The notes beneath the pieces were generated by a model. That model was not told the origin of the DNA, made no database searches, and worked only from the letters and a program-made list of their open reading frames with translations. 64,000 nt of DNA from a virus: the IMG/VR virus record IMGVR_UViG_3300024344_002756. One strand, 5' to 3'. The translations under genes and the position numbers were made by a program. Shown here in pieces: positions 37,278 to 47,438 of this stretch; positions within the stretch are counted from its first letter, which is position 1; the number at the start of each line of letters is the position of its first letter.

Positions 37278-37752
37278 CTCAAATAAGTTAGATCAAAAAG
37301 AGCTTGAAGAAAAGCTAGTTCATTCTCATTATGGATTGGTTGTTTCTCAAGCTCTTTATTTTTTAGATGATCCTAATTTTGAGGACTATATTCAAGCAGG
37401 TCTTATTGGACTGCTTAAAGCAATTAGAAAATACGATAAAAACAAATCTAAGTTTAGCACGTATGCTTCTGTTTGTATAAGAAACGAAATTAGTAACTTA
37501 AACAAAAAAGCAACAAAGCATGCAGTAAAAAATTCTAGATCTGTCACAGAACAAGATAAGCAGTATAATAAACAAGAGGTTTTGGATGAATGTATTCCAG
37601 AGTTTCTATCGGAGGAAAACAAGTTTATAATTAAACTAAGGATTCAGGGATATACAAATTTAGAAATATCTAATTTTATGTCATGCTCTAAGGCCGAAGT
37701 AAAAGAAAAGATAGAGTTAATTATAAAGCTGTTGAAAGACTATAACGAATGA
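37177..37752 (+). CDS. Second sigma70-family sigma factor; start codon uncertain
   Basis: LVHSHYGLV, EDYIQAGLIGLLKAIRKYD, KFSTYASVCIRNEI, GYTNLEISNFM; the only in-frame ATG before region 2 is 37177, inside ssb. Confidence 0.85.
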   Translation: MATKGFQQNSESKNSSSLTPLEKKKCLNKNSLVNSNKLDQKELEEKLVHSHYGLVVSQALYFLDDPNFEDYIQAGLIGLLKAIRKYDKNKSKFSTYASVCIRNEISNLNKKATKHAVKNSRSVTEQDKQYNKQEVLDECIPEFLSEENKFIIKLRIQGYTNLEISNFMSCSKAEVKEKIELIIKLLKDYNE

Positions 37753-39380
37753 GAAAAAAAAGAATACTCTTTTGTGGCGAAGCAACATATCTTAACACTG
37801 GGTACGCAACATACCTTCGTGAAGTCATGAAGCGACTTCATGCAACAGAAAAGTATGACCTAGCTGAGTTTGCAAGTTATGGAGAATTAAAAGATCCTAG
37901 AGCAAAAACTGTACCTTGGAAATTCTACGGCAATTTACCAGACGACGAAAGCCAACAAGAAAGATACGATTCATTACCAACTAATCAGTTTGGTGAATGG
38001 AAATTTGAATCTGTGCTTTTAGATTTTCAGCCGGATATAGTATGTGATATACGAGACTTTTGGATGTTTGAGCATCAAGAAAGATCTCCGTATAGACCGT
38101 ATTTTCACTGGGTTGTCATGCCCACTGTTGATGCTGCGCCTCAAAATGAACAATGGTTGTCAACCTTTGAAAGTGCTGATGCTGTATTTAGTTATTCAGA
38201 CTGGGGACATGAAGTCCTTGAGAAAGAATCAAATGGTAGCATTAAATGTTTAGGATCTGCTCCACCATCTGCTGATGCAGCTTATATTCCGGTAGAAGAT
38301 AAAGCCAAGCATAAAGAAAGTATGGGCTTTGAGGAAAACATTAAGTTTATTGGCACTGTGATGAGAAACCAAAGAAGGAAGCTATTCCCAGACCTCTTTG
38401 AGTCTTTTAGAAAGTTTCTCGATCTAAGCGGTAGAAATGATGTTTGGCTTTACTGCCACACCAGCTTCCCAGACTTAGGATGGGACATACCAAAACTATT
38501 ACTAAGATATAATTTGTCGAGCAAGGTTGTTTTCACTTATATCTGCAATAAGTGCGGTCATACTTTCCCAGCTTTCTTTTCTGACGCCAGAAGAAAATGT
38601 CAAGCTTGTGGTTCTTTTTCGGCAGGTCTAGCAAGCGTACAAAAAGGAGCGTCTTATGACTACCTTGCTAGTATTATGAACCTCTTTGATCTTTATATAC
38701 AGTACGCCAATAGCGAGGGCTTTGGTCTTCCCCAAGTAGAAGCCGCTGGCTGCGGAGTTCCTGTCATGAGTGTTGATTACTCAGCCATGTCTAGCGTTGT
38801 TAGAAAGCTTGGTGGAACACCACTAAAACCCAAGGCACTTTACAATGAACTAGAGACGGGTTGCAATAGAGCGGTTCCTGATAATGACTATACAGCTCAG
38901 AAGATAGAAGAATTTTTTAAACTAAGCGACGAAGACAGAAAAAGCTTGGGTAAAAACTCAAGACTTAACTTTGAAAAATATTACCAGTGGGACAAAACAG
39001 CCAAAAAGTGGGAAGACCACTTCGATTCAGTTGAAATAAAACCAGACGAAGAAACTTGGAAGTCTCCACCTCGAATACACCAACCAGTTAACAATGTTCC
39101 AGCAGGGTTATCAGCGTCTCAATACGCAAGATGGTTAATCGTTAATGTTCTGGGAGAGCCTGAAAAACTGAACACATTTTTTGAGTCAAGACTGATAAGA
39201 GACTTGAATTATGGAATGTTTGTCATGGGTACAGGAGATTCTTACCTTAACGAAGATTCCTATAAGTTTGTAAGACCTCAATTTGAAAAGTTTGAAAAAG
39301 AGGATGCTCACAAAATGATGGTCAACATGTGCAATAAACGCAATCAATGGGAAGCCATAAGAAAAGAAAATATCAAATGA
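37749..39380 (+). CDS. GT4 glycosyltransferase with an internal zinc ribbon
   Basis: TGYATY, RNQRRK, CNKC...CQAC insert, SEGFGLPQVEAAGCGVPV. Confidence 0.85.
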   Translation: MRKKRILFCGEATYLNTGYATYLREVMKRLHATEKYDLAEFASYGELKDPRAKTVPWKFYGNLPDDESQQERYDSLPTNQFGEWKFESVLLDFQPDIVCDIRDFWMFEHQERSPYRPYFHWVVMPTVDAAPQNEQWLSTFESADAVFSYSDWGHEVLEKESNGSIKCLGSAPPSADAAYIPVEDKAKHKESMGFEENIKFIGTVMRNQRRKLFPDLFESFRKFLDLSGRNDVWLYCHTSFPDLGWDIPKLLLRYNLSSKVVFTYICNKCGHTFPAFFSDARRKCQACGSFSAGLASVQKGASYDYLASIMNLFDLYIQYANSEGFGLPQVEAAGCGVPVMSVDYSAMSSVVRKLGGTPLKPKALYNELETGCNRAVPDNDYTAQKIEEFFKLSDEDRKSLGKNSRLNFEKYYQWDKTAKKWEDHFDSVEIKPDEETWKSPPRIHQPVNNVPAGLSASQYARWLIVNVLGEPEKLNTFFESRLIRDLNYGMFVMGTGDSYLNEDSYKFVRPQFEKFEKEDAHKMMVNMCNKRNQWEAIRKENIK

Positions 39381-40495
39381 AAGTTTTATACATAGGTTGC
39401 TATAGAGACGGTACTGGCTGGGGACAAGCCGCTACGGATTACATACTGGCGATGGATACTGCTGGAATTGATGTAGTTCCAAGGCCAATCAAGCTCAATT
39501 CTAATCAGATAAAAGTACCAGACAGAATTATAGAGTTAGAGAAGAAAGATAGCTCTGGCTGTAATATTTGCATACAACACATTCTCCCACATTTAATGGA
39601 ATACACCAATAAGTTTGATAAGAACATAGCCCTCTACGCCACAGAGACCAGCAATTTTATTGATTCTGGATGGTCTAGAAACATAAATCTTATGGATGAA
39701 GCGTGGGTCATAAACAACCAAATGGTTAAAGCCTCGCAAGATAGTGGTGTAGACATACCAATAAAGGTAGTTCCTCACGCCTGTGACTTTAACAAGTTTA
39801 CCAGAAGCTACAAACCATTCGAGCTATCCTCGACAGATAACACCTTCACTTTTTACACAATAGCTGACTTTAATAAAAGAAAAAACCTAGAAGCCTTCGT
39901 TAAAGCATTTCATGCTGAGTTTGATCCTTCGGAGCCGGTCTCCATAATGATTAAATCAAGCAAGTATGGACTGACTGATGAAGAGACTGCAATAAAGATT
40001 AGAGACCTCTGCAATCAAGTTAAGACAGGTCTTAAAAAATTCAAGAATCTGAGTGACTATAAAGAAGACTTGATAATCACAAGTTTTATTAGTAATGAAG
40101 ATATTTGCAGGCTACACAGCTTTGGAGATTGCTTTGTGATGCCTAGCTATGGGGAAGCTTGGTGTATACCCGCTTTTGATGCTATGGCTTTCGGTAAGAC
40201 CCCTATCTGTACGAACATTGGTGGTATGGCAGATTTTGTTGGGGATGGAGGATTTCTTGTAGAGGGTGTCATGGAACCTGTTTGCGATATGCTTGATACT
40301 TTTCCAGCCCTGTTTACGGGAAATGAAGACTGGTGTTCAGTTAGCATACAAGGATTAAGGGAGTGCATGCGACACGCTTATGAAGAAAGCTCTTCTCTTA
40401 AAAAGATGAAGGAGACAGGATTAAAGCGAGCATATGAATACTCCCATGAGAATATTGGTAACTTAATAAAGGATCTGTTAAATGGCGTTAGTTAG
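39377..40495 (+). CDS. GT4 glycosyltransferase
   Basis: GTGWGQA, NKRKN, MPSYGEAWCIPAFDAMAFGKTPI. Confidence 0.85.
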   Translation: MKVLYIGCYRDGTGWGQAATDYILAMDTAGIDVVPRPIKLNSNQIKVPDRIIELEKKDSSGCNICIQHILPHLMEYTNKFDKNIALYATETSNFIDSGWSRNINLMDEAWVINNQMVKASQDSGVDIPIKVVPHACDFNKFTRSYKPFELSSTDNTFTFYTIADFNKRKNLEAFVKAFHAEFDPSEPVSIMIKSSKYGLTDEETAIKIRDLCNQVKTGLKKFKNLSDYKEDLIITSFISNEDICRLHSFGDCFVMPSYGEAWCIPAFDAMAFGKTPICTNIGGMADFVGDGGFLVEGVMEPVCDMLDTFPALFTGNEDWCSVSIQGLRECMRHAYEESSSLKKMKETGLKRAYEYSHENIGNLIKDLLNGVS

Positions 40496-41519
40496 TCCGA
40501 TATCTCAAATTATTAGAGCCTCCACAAGGAAGCCAGATGAGAAGTTAAATATTCTCACCTTCCCTACGCACGAACGATATGAAACCATGCTTTCAAAGAC
40601 TGGTCATAATTTCTATGCGTATCGTGCAGAAGGTATCAAAGATTGGAACGAAACCTATGCTAAAACACCAGATAATTATGTGTTGCTAGATCCATCACTG
40701 GGCGATAGTCAAGTTCCAGAATACGTAGATTTTGATTTGGTTCTCTCGCAAAACAAATTTGGTCAATACCAAAAAGCTAAACAGCTCGCGCATCAACTTC
40801 ACCTACCATTGGTCAGTTTGGAACATACGCTTCCAATGCCGGAATGGGATGAAAACATCATGGGTCAAGTAAGAGAGATGAGGGGAGATGTCAATGTATT
40901 CATTTCAGAATATAGTATTAACGCTTGGGGGTGGGAGAATAGACTTCAAAGCTTTCTAAACAATGACACGTTTGTTATTACTCATGGTGTAGATACTGAA
41001 CTATTTTGCTCAAAAGAAGACGAAAGAAGCGACGAGATACTGTCGGTAGTTAACGACTGGATAAACAGAGACTGGTGCTGTGGCTTTAGTGTTTGGCAAG
41101 AAGTAATAAAAGGACTACCTTACAAGGTGGTTGGCGATACTCCGGGTTTGTCTGAACCAGCCGCTTCAACCGAAGGGCTTGTCGCCACCTACCAAAACAG
41201 CAGGATATTTTTGAATACATCAACTATATCCCCAGTTCCGACAGCTTTAATGGAAGCGATGTCTTGTGGTTGTGCGGTTGTATCAACCGCAACCTGCATG
41301 ATCCCAGAAGTTATAGAAAATGGAGTTAATGGTTTTATAACAAATAATGTTGGAGAAATGAAACAGTATCTTGTAGATCTATTAAATGATGAAGATATGG
41401 CAAAAGAAATTGGTGAAAACGCCAGAAAGACAATCTTAGAAAGATACTCTACAGAACGGTTTGTTGAAAACTGGGACAGGCTACTAACAAATTCAGCTAA
41501 AATAGTATTTAAGGGATAA
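40482..41519 (+). CDS. GT4 glycosyltransferase
   Basis: ITHGVDTELF, SPVPTALMEAMSCGCAVVS, ENGVNGF. Confidence 0.85.
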   Translation: MALVSPISQIIRASTRKPDEKLNILTFPTHERYETMLSKTGHNFYAYRAEGIKDWNETYAKTPDNYVLLDPSLGDSQVPEYVDFDLVLSQNKFGQYQKAKQLAHQLHLPLVSLEHTLPMPEWDENIMGQVREMRGDVNVFISEYSINAWGWENRLQSFLNNDTFVITHGVDTELFCSKEDERSDEILSVVNDWINRDWCCGFSVWQEVIKGLPYKVVGDTPGLSEPAASTEGLVATYQNSRIFLNTSTISPVPTALMEAMSCGCAVVSTATCMIPEVIENGVNGFITNNVGEMKQYLVDLLNDEDMAKEIGENARKTILERYSTERFVENWDRLLTNSAKIVFKG

Positions 41520-41520
41520 T

Positions 41521-41985
41521 ATGAAAATTAGAATTACGGTTGGTGACGACCAAAAGCTTAGTGGTTATCTAAATATAGACCCTATATCCAAATTTGACGA
41601 TTTATCAGTGGATATACGCAATCTTGATGAAGTCGCCTCAGACGCAGAATGTATGGAAATTCTTTCTGATGACGTAATAGATTACCTAGAAAAGGAAGAG
41701 TCTATGCGGGTTGTGTCTCACTGGGCTAAAAAGTTGAGGCATGGCGGCAAAATAATAGTAACATCAATAGACGCACATGAAGTTGCCAGATCGTTCTACA
41801 GAAAAGAAATAGACGTACAAACGTTTAACAAGGCTATTCATGGCAATTTTACTCAACCTTGGGATGTAAGACTTAGCCAAACAACACTAGAGGAGCTATC
41901 TAGCTTTCTTGAGTCTGTTGGTTTACAGGTCACTAAAAAAAGAATCAATGGCATTAAATTAGTAGTGGAGGCAGAAAGACCATGA
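41521..41985 (+). CDS. Class I SAM-dependent methyltransferase-like protein (short)
   Basis: GYLNID, DIRNL, VIDYL, LRHGGKI. Confidence 0.65.
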   Translation: MKIRITVGDDQKLSGYLNIDPISKFDDLSVDIRNLDEVASDAECMEILSDDVIDYLEKEESMRVVSHWAKKLRHGGKIIVTSIDAHEVARSFYRKEIDVQTFNKAIHGNFTQPWDVRLSQTTLEELSSFLESVGLQVTKKRINGIKLVVEAERP

Positions 41986-42794
41986 ATAACGAATTAGATA
42001 CAAATTTTGAGCAAGTAGAGCCTCAAAGACAAACTCTAACGACTTCTTGTAAAGATTGTATATTTGCTATTAAAGAAGATAAGTTACAAACAGGATGTTC
42101 ATTTGGAAGAATAGAAGCGTATTCTAATAGGGGTATCAATATTATAGAAGCAGAAGACTTAGAAGAAAACGAGTTTTTTGTACTTGAAACTTGGTGCAAT
42201 GCCTACAGGGAAGAGATTTGGAAAACAGCTAATGAGAAAGAGGGTGTAGAAAAAGCTCTCAGAAAAGAATTAGATCCCAAAGTTCAATTTATTATTATAA
42301 TTCAGGATAGCTTAGACGGTATAGAAAAGACCATAGAATCAGCCCTTAATCAAGAAGAATTTGCTGCTAAAAGATTAATATTTGTTAACAACAGCGAGTT
42401 ATCTTATTTTGAAGTGATAACAAAAATTAACGAAGTTGTTCCAGAGGGAACGGATTACAGAATTCAAGATATCAGAGGAGAACTCAGTGATCTTGAAGTG
42501 ATCGACGAAGCTTTTAATAATGTCTCAAATGGATACTATACGGTAATAGAATCTGGAAAAGAACTCCCATCAGATGTCATTAAAAAAATATACGCTGCAA
42601 TAAGTATAAAAATTCAAAAGGTAGGATATATAGAACCTACAGATGGTATTAACTTAATGACAGTACAAGCGGTTCTTCATAAGTTTTTATACGGAAACAG
42701 AGGTGCTTCCTTAAAAACAAAGTTAGAAGACGGGGAAGTTGCAGATAAAGTTAAAGAGGGAAACTCTCTAATTAGAAACTGGAATGAAATTTAA
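41982..42794 (+). CDS. Hypothetical protein with a degenerate GT-A-like domain
   Basis: CKDC N-terminal motif; IIIIQD...IEKTIESALNQ resembles a GT2 N-terminus. Confidence 0.5.
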   Translation: MNNELDTNFEQVEPQRQTLTTSCKDCIFAIKEDKLQTGCSFGRIEAYSNRGINIIEAEDLEENEFFVLETWCNAYREEIWKTANEKEGVEKALRKELDPKVQFIIIIQDSLDGIEKTIESALNQEEFAAKRLIFVNNSELSYFEVITKINEVVPEGTDYRIQDIRGELSDLEVIDEAFNNVSNGYYTVIESGKELPSDVIKKIYAAISIKIQKVGYIEPTDGINLMTVQAVLHKFLYGNRGASLKTKLEDGEVADKVKEGNSLIRNWNEI

Positions 42795-43588
42795 TGACAT
42801 TACCAACAGTTACTGTACTAATAGCGAACTATAACGATGAAGACTACTTAGACATTGCTATAGAAAGCGCTATTAACCAAGACTATCCCGGCCCATTAAA
42901 CATATGTATTGTAGACGATGGTTCTACAGATGGATCTTGGGGTATCATCGAAACCTACATTAAAAATCCTGCAAAAGATACCACCGAAAATGATTTAGAC
43001 ATAACCTTTTCTCAATACTCCGGTGGAAGATTTGGCAACACAAAAGTATACGCTATTAAAAATGAGAATAGTGGCCCAAGTGAAGCTAGAAATGTAGGCA
43101 TTAGATACATGATGGATAAAACAGAAATATTTGCCATCTTAGATTCTGATGATGAAATGTATGAAAATAAAATAACTGAATGCCTTCCAGTCTTTGAAAG
43201 AGGTGAAGGTATGGTTGGTGTAGTTTATGCAGACTACGACACATTGCATATGGACACAGGAAAAGTTATTAGAGAATATAAAGAGCCATTTAGCAGAAAT
43301 AGACTCACACAAGAATGTATAGTTCATAGCGGATCTTTAATTTCCAAAGAAGCCCTAGAAGAAATTTTGGAAGAAACTGGCTATTACGATAACACAATGA
43401 GAACTTGTGAAGATTATGATCTTTGGATGCGAATAAGTGAAAAGTTTATTATAGCCCATGTTCCCAAGGCGCTTACCAGAGTAAGGGTTACTGGAGACAA
43501 CTCTTCTTTTATTGTCAATCAAGAAACTTGGCAAAAAAATTGGAGAAGGGTCATGGAAAAAATGCAAGCAAGAATAAATGCCAAATAG
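42794..43588 (+). CDS. GT2 glycosyltransferase
   Basis: VTVLIANYN, IVDDGSTD, ARNVG, LDSDD, EDYDLWMR. Confidence 0.92.
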   Translation: MTLPTVTVLIANYNDEDYLDIAIESAINQDYPGPLNICIVDDGSTDGSWGIIETYIKNPAKDTTENDLDITFSQYSGGRFGNTKVYAIKNENSGPSEARNVGIRYMMDKTEIFAILDSDDEMYENKITECLPVFERGEGMVGVVYADYDTLHMDTGKVIREYKEPFSRNRLTQECIVHSGSLISKEALEEILEETGYYDNTMRTCEDYDLWMRISEKFIIAHVPKALTRVRVTGDNSSFIVNQETWQKNWRRVMEKMQARINAK

Positions 43589-44285
43589 GTTTACGACAAC
43601 AGTAAAGAAAATAGGCGCTGGAACAGCTCCAGAAAAACCGCTGACAGTAATAATACCTGTTGCGGGCATGGGTCATAGAATGAAATCTTATGGCCCAAAG
43701 TGCTTACTGCCTGCAAATAAAAAAGAAACTATACTAGAGAAAACAATCTCTAATATAGAAAGGGAATATCCCTATTCTGATATTATTGTTGTAGCTGGGT
43801 TTGAATCAGAAAAAGTAATCAAAACCCTACCACAAAGCGTAAGGGTTGTTGAAAACTATCAGTATGAATCAACCAATATTGCCGAAAGCATAAGAATTGG
43901 CATTAATGCCGCAGCGAATAAGCACCTTCTTATTGTTTATGGAGACTTGGTTTTTAATGTCTACTCTATTAGAGATATAACATCAGACGGCCCATGTGCA
44001 GTTGTAGACTCTAAAGAAAGATTTAAAGAAGATGAAGTAGGGGTTACAGTAGTCGATGAAAACATAACTAATTTTGCTTACGGGCTTCCTAAAAAATGGT
44101 CGCAAATAGCTTACTTTGAAAATAAGTCTTTTGACATTTTAAAAGAATTATGTTCAGACAAAAGAAAAAGTAAACTGTATCCTTTCGAGCTGTTTAACAT
44201 AATTATTAATAGCGGCATATCAATGAAGGCAAAGGAGCCATCCGGTATGCTAATAAAAGAAATTGATTCACTAAAGGATCTATGA
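43578..44285 (+). CDS. Nucleotidyltransferase (LicC/sugar-phosphate NTP-transferase-like)
   Basis: IPVAGMGHRMKSYGPKCLL, VYGDLVF, EID. Confidence 0.82.
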   Translation: MPNRFTTTVKKIGAGTAPEKPLTVIIPVAGMGHRMKSYGPKCLLPANKKETILEKTISNIEREYPYSDIIVVAGFESEKVIKTLPQSVRVVENYQYESTNIAESIRIGINAAANKHLLIVYGDLVFNVYSIRDITSDGPCAVVDSKERFKEDEVGVTVVDENITNFAYGLPKKWSQIAYFENKSFDILKELCSDKRKSKLYPFELFNIIINSGISMKAKEPSGMLIKEIDSLKDL

Positions 44286-44434
44286 TGGGTACTCTTTGGG
44301 CGTATGTAAATAACAATTACAAGTGGTATGCATGGTATTATCTTGAAGGCGAAATTCAGGTTAAACTAGGGCCGTTTTGCAAACAAGAAGAAGCTATGGA
44401 AGCAGCGAAAAATTATGAAAATTCTAATAAGTAG
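44282..44434 (+). CDS. Small hypothetical protein (50 aa), absent from the ORF track
   Basis: MMGTLWAYVNNNYKWYAWYY...LGPFCKQEEAMEAAK; ATGA overlap with the upstream gene. Confidence 0.55.
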   Translation: MMGTLWAYVNNNYKWYAWYYLEGEIQVKLGPFCKQEEAMEAAKNYENSNK

Positions 44435-45464
44435 CGATGGGTTTCACGCTCACTATCACATAAGAATGTCTTGGCTTAAGGTATTCTCAGCAATGGGTCA
44501 TCAGGTGCAATTATGGCACAAAGATGAGAAACCCGCTTTTGATGCTTTCGATGAATTTGAGCCAGATCTGTTCATGGGGCAAACCTACAATATTACAGAA
44601 GCTCTGTGTAAATGTATCAAACAAAGACCTCACATGAAGGTTGTCATGCGGGCTTCTGATTGGGGTCATATGCAAACAGGTATTGACTTAGAAAAATACC
44701 CAATCCTAGTGGCCCAAGAAGAAGAAAAGAAGTTACTTGAAAAACTTAAGAAAGAGACAGGAAGACCAGACTTTGTCCACAACCACTATCACGATAATTG
44801 GATTAGAGTAACGCATAATAAGTGGCAGGACATTGGTATTAAGCCCGTTTCCTTAATACATGGAGCCGATATATTCGACTTCTACGTTCAACCACCAGTG
44901 GAGTCTCTCAAATGCGACATTGGATTTGTTGGTGGGTACTGGCCTTACAAGGCAATCAATCTCGATAAATACTTGATTAGTTTGTGTCACCCAGTAGGCG
45001 ATTATAACATAAAAATATTTGGTGGTTCAGACTGGCCTGTTGTGCAATACATGGGTCGTATAGCTTCTGAAAATGTTGGGGCGTTATTTTCGTCTGCTAC
45101 TATTTCACCAAACATCAGCGAACCACACTCCCAACACTTTGGGTATGATATCATCGAAAGACCGTTCAAAATTCTAATGAGCGGCGGCTTTTGTATTTCT
45201 GATTACGTTGAATCAATGGCTAACGATGTATTTACAAACAATGAAATTGTTTTTGCCAAAACCCCAGAAGAATTCAAGCAGCTTATAGACTACTACCTTA
45301 AAAACCCAGAAAAAAGAATTGAGCATATCCAAGCCGGATACAATTCTGTTGTTCAGCGTCATACTTATTTTCATAGGGTTGCCAAAATCTTTTCTGAATT
45401 AGGGATGCAGTCAGAAGCTGATAAGTGCATGGAAACTATGAAACAGTTTTTCGTTGAGGAATAA
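44415..45464 (+). CDS. CgeB-like (Glyco_trans_1_2) glycosyltransferase
   Basis: CDIGFVGG, ERPFKILMSGGFCISD, AGYNSVVQRHTYFHR. Confidence 0.75.
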   Translation: MKILISSDGFHAHYHIRMSWLKVFSAMGHQVQLWHKDEKPAFDAFDEFEPDLFMGQTYNITEALCKCIKQRPHMKVVMRASDWGHMQTGIDLEKYPILVAQEEEKKLLEKLKKETGRPDFVHNHYHDNWIRVTHNKWQDIGIKPVSLIHGADIFDFYVQPPVESLKCDIGFVGGYWPYKAINLDKYLISLCHPVGDYNIKIFGGSDWPVVQYMGRIASENVGALFSSATISPNISEPHSQHFGYDIIERPFKILMSGGFCISDYVESMANDVFTNNEIVFAKTPEEFKQLIDYYLKNPEKRIEHIQAGYNSVVQRHTYFHRVAKIFSELGMQSEADKCMETMKQFFVEE

Positions 45465-45465
45465 A

Positions 45466-46425
45466 ATGACCGTACTTGTAACAGGTGCTAATGGCTTTGT
45501 AGGAAGAAACCTTATACAATCCCTTCACACCAATAGAAGAACCTTTGGCAATATTATCAATATCAGCAGAAGGCCATTTACTTCTCCCTTTGTTCACAAA
45601 TCCTATAAATGTGATTTAGGGTTCTCTGATCAGGAAGATAATCGTTTCTATGCGCTTAGAAACGTTATGAAAAAACATAAACCTGAGTACATATTTCATC
45701 TTGCTAGTAAAGCTACAGTTAAGATGACAGGTAATGAACCTTTTCAGATTCTGCAAGATAACATATTAAGTACTCAAAAAATCTGTCAATGGGCGCCGAA
45801 AGGCGCAAGAGTAGTTCTAGCATCTACAGTCATTGTTTATGGAGACTGGATTTTTGAACAAGGGTCTTCTGACTTTCCCGGTAGGGAAGCAAGACCATAT
45901 ACGGAAGAGGATCGAACAGAACCAACTTCTATCTATGGAATGACAAAGCGGGCTTCCGAAGGAATTCTTAATTACTACACCAGTACGGGACAGATAAAAG
46001 GGGTCTCGGCTCGTATGTGTGCAACTGTTGGGCGTGGGTTAACCCACGGGGTTGTTTATGATTTTATTAAGAAGATATTATACAACCCCACTTTAGAAGC
46101 GTTGGGAAGCAAACCGGGATCTACTAAACCTTATTGCCACATAGATGATTTAAAGAACGCTTTAATACTTTTAGCGATGAAGGGTTCTGCTGAAGGAGCG
46201 TACAACATAGTTCCAGATGACGCAATAAATATTGAACAAGTAGCCAAAGCTGTTATGAATGGACTTGAAGTCTACAGAAATATAGATTGGCTTGGTGACG
46301 GAGCAAACTGGAAGGGTGATAACAAGTTAATAAGCGTATCAAACGATAAGCTAAAAAGCATTGGCTGGACACCTAAATATAGCTCTAAAGAAGCAATATT
46401 TGAAGCTGTGAGAAATATGTCATGA
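45466..46425 (+). CDS. NDP-sugar epimerase/dehydratase (extended SDR)
   Basis: TGANGFVG, HLAS, ASTVIVYG, YGMTK. Confidence 0.88.
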   Translation: MTVLVTGANGFVGRNLIQSLHTNRRTFGNIINISRRPFTSPFVHKSYKCDLGFSDQEDNRFYALRNVMKKHKPEYIFHLASKATVKMTGNEPFQILQDNILSTQKICQWAPKGARVVLASTVIVYGDWIFEQGSSDFPGREARPYTEEDRTEPTSIYGMTKRASEGILNYYTSTGQIKGVSARMCATVGRGLTHGVVYDFIKKILYNPTLEALGSKPGSTKPYCHIDDLKNALILLAMKGSAEGAYNIVPDDAINIEQVAKAVMNGLEVYRNIDWLGDGANWKGDNKLISVSNDKLKSIGWTPKYSSKEAIFEAVRNMS

Positions 46426-47438
46426 AAATACTTTTTCATCCAATAATGCCTTTAGACCTAAAAGACCCGTCACATGTCTCAGACTATCAGTCGGATATGG
46501 TCTTTCATGGACTAGTTAAAAATCTAGGACAAAATGTTCACACCTATCACAATCTTTGGTGGCATCATAAAAAAGCCAAAGAAGGAAACGAACGCGACTT
46601 TTCTAAAATCTGGGGCAAAGGTTTTACCATGTACGGACTCCTCGAAGAAGAGGAGTATCAAACCTTAGAGATGAACGAAAGGCACTCCAATTATGATGCG
46701 ATTGTATTGCCAATACATTGGAGTCATACAAGTCAGCACCGATACATCATCACACTTTTAAAAAATCTCCTGTCAAATGGCTATGAAAAAAAGCAATTAA
46801 TTGTAGTGGATGGTTGGGATAGAGATTATATAAATCCTGAAATTGCTGAAAAATGTACATACTACAAAAGAGAAATAAAAGATGGGCAAGAAGAATTCGC
46901 TAAGCCTGTTTCGTTTGCATTTCCAGAAGAAAAGATCAGGCCAGTAGACGACTCAAAAAGAAAAGTCCCCTTTGCTCCATTAATACCAGTTAATCAATCA
47001 ATTGATTCCTCGTATATGTCTACCTATCAATACGACACAGAGCAAAGTTATTACGATATGTATCAAACTGCTTACTTCTCGTATACATCTAAAAAGGGTG
47101 GTTGGGATACTTTGCGTCATTATGAAATAATAGCAAATGGTTCTATCCCATTTTTTGTTGATATTGAAAACTGTCCTAAAAACATATTATGGAATTTCCC
47201 AAAAGAAAGATTACTTCAGGCTAGAAATAGTTTGGGTGGAATACCAAACTTAAAAGAGGGTGATTGGAACGGACAGTCATTGCCACATTGTGGCGTAATA
47301 GTCAAAAACTCTCCCGGCAGTATGGGAGAGTCTTTCAATTTGAAGCTTTGGGAACACTACAGAGATAGCTTGTATTCTTGGCTTAAAAGAGAGGGAACTA
47401 CAACCGCTTTAGCTGAATACATACTAAAGGAAATTTAA
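46422..47438 (+). CDS. Glycosyltransferase-like protein (exostosin/GT-B-like C-terminus)
   Basis: KKGGWDTLRHYEIIANGSIPFF. Confidence 0.55.
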   Translation: MKILFHPIMPLDLKDPSHVSDYQSDMVFHGLVKNLGQNVHTYHNLWWHHKKAKEGNERDFSKIWGKGFTMYGLLEEEEYQTLEMNERHSNYDAIVLPIHWSHTSQHRYIITLLKNLLSNGYEKKQLIVVDGWDRDYINPEIAEKCTYYKREIKDGQEEFAKPVSFAFPEEKIRPVDDSKRKVPFAPLIPVNQSIDSSYMSTYQYDTEQSYYDMYQTAYFSYTSKKGGWDTLRHYEIIANGSIPFFVDIENCPKNILWNFPKERLLQARNSLGGIPNLKEGDWNGQSLPHCGVIVKNSPGSMGESFNLKLWEHYRDSLYSWLKREGTTTALAEYILKEI

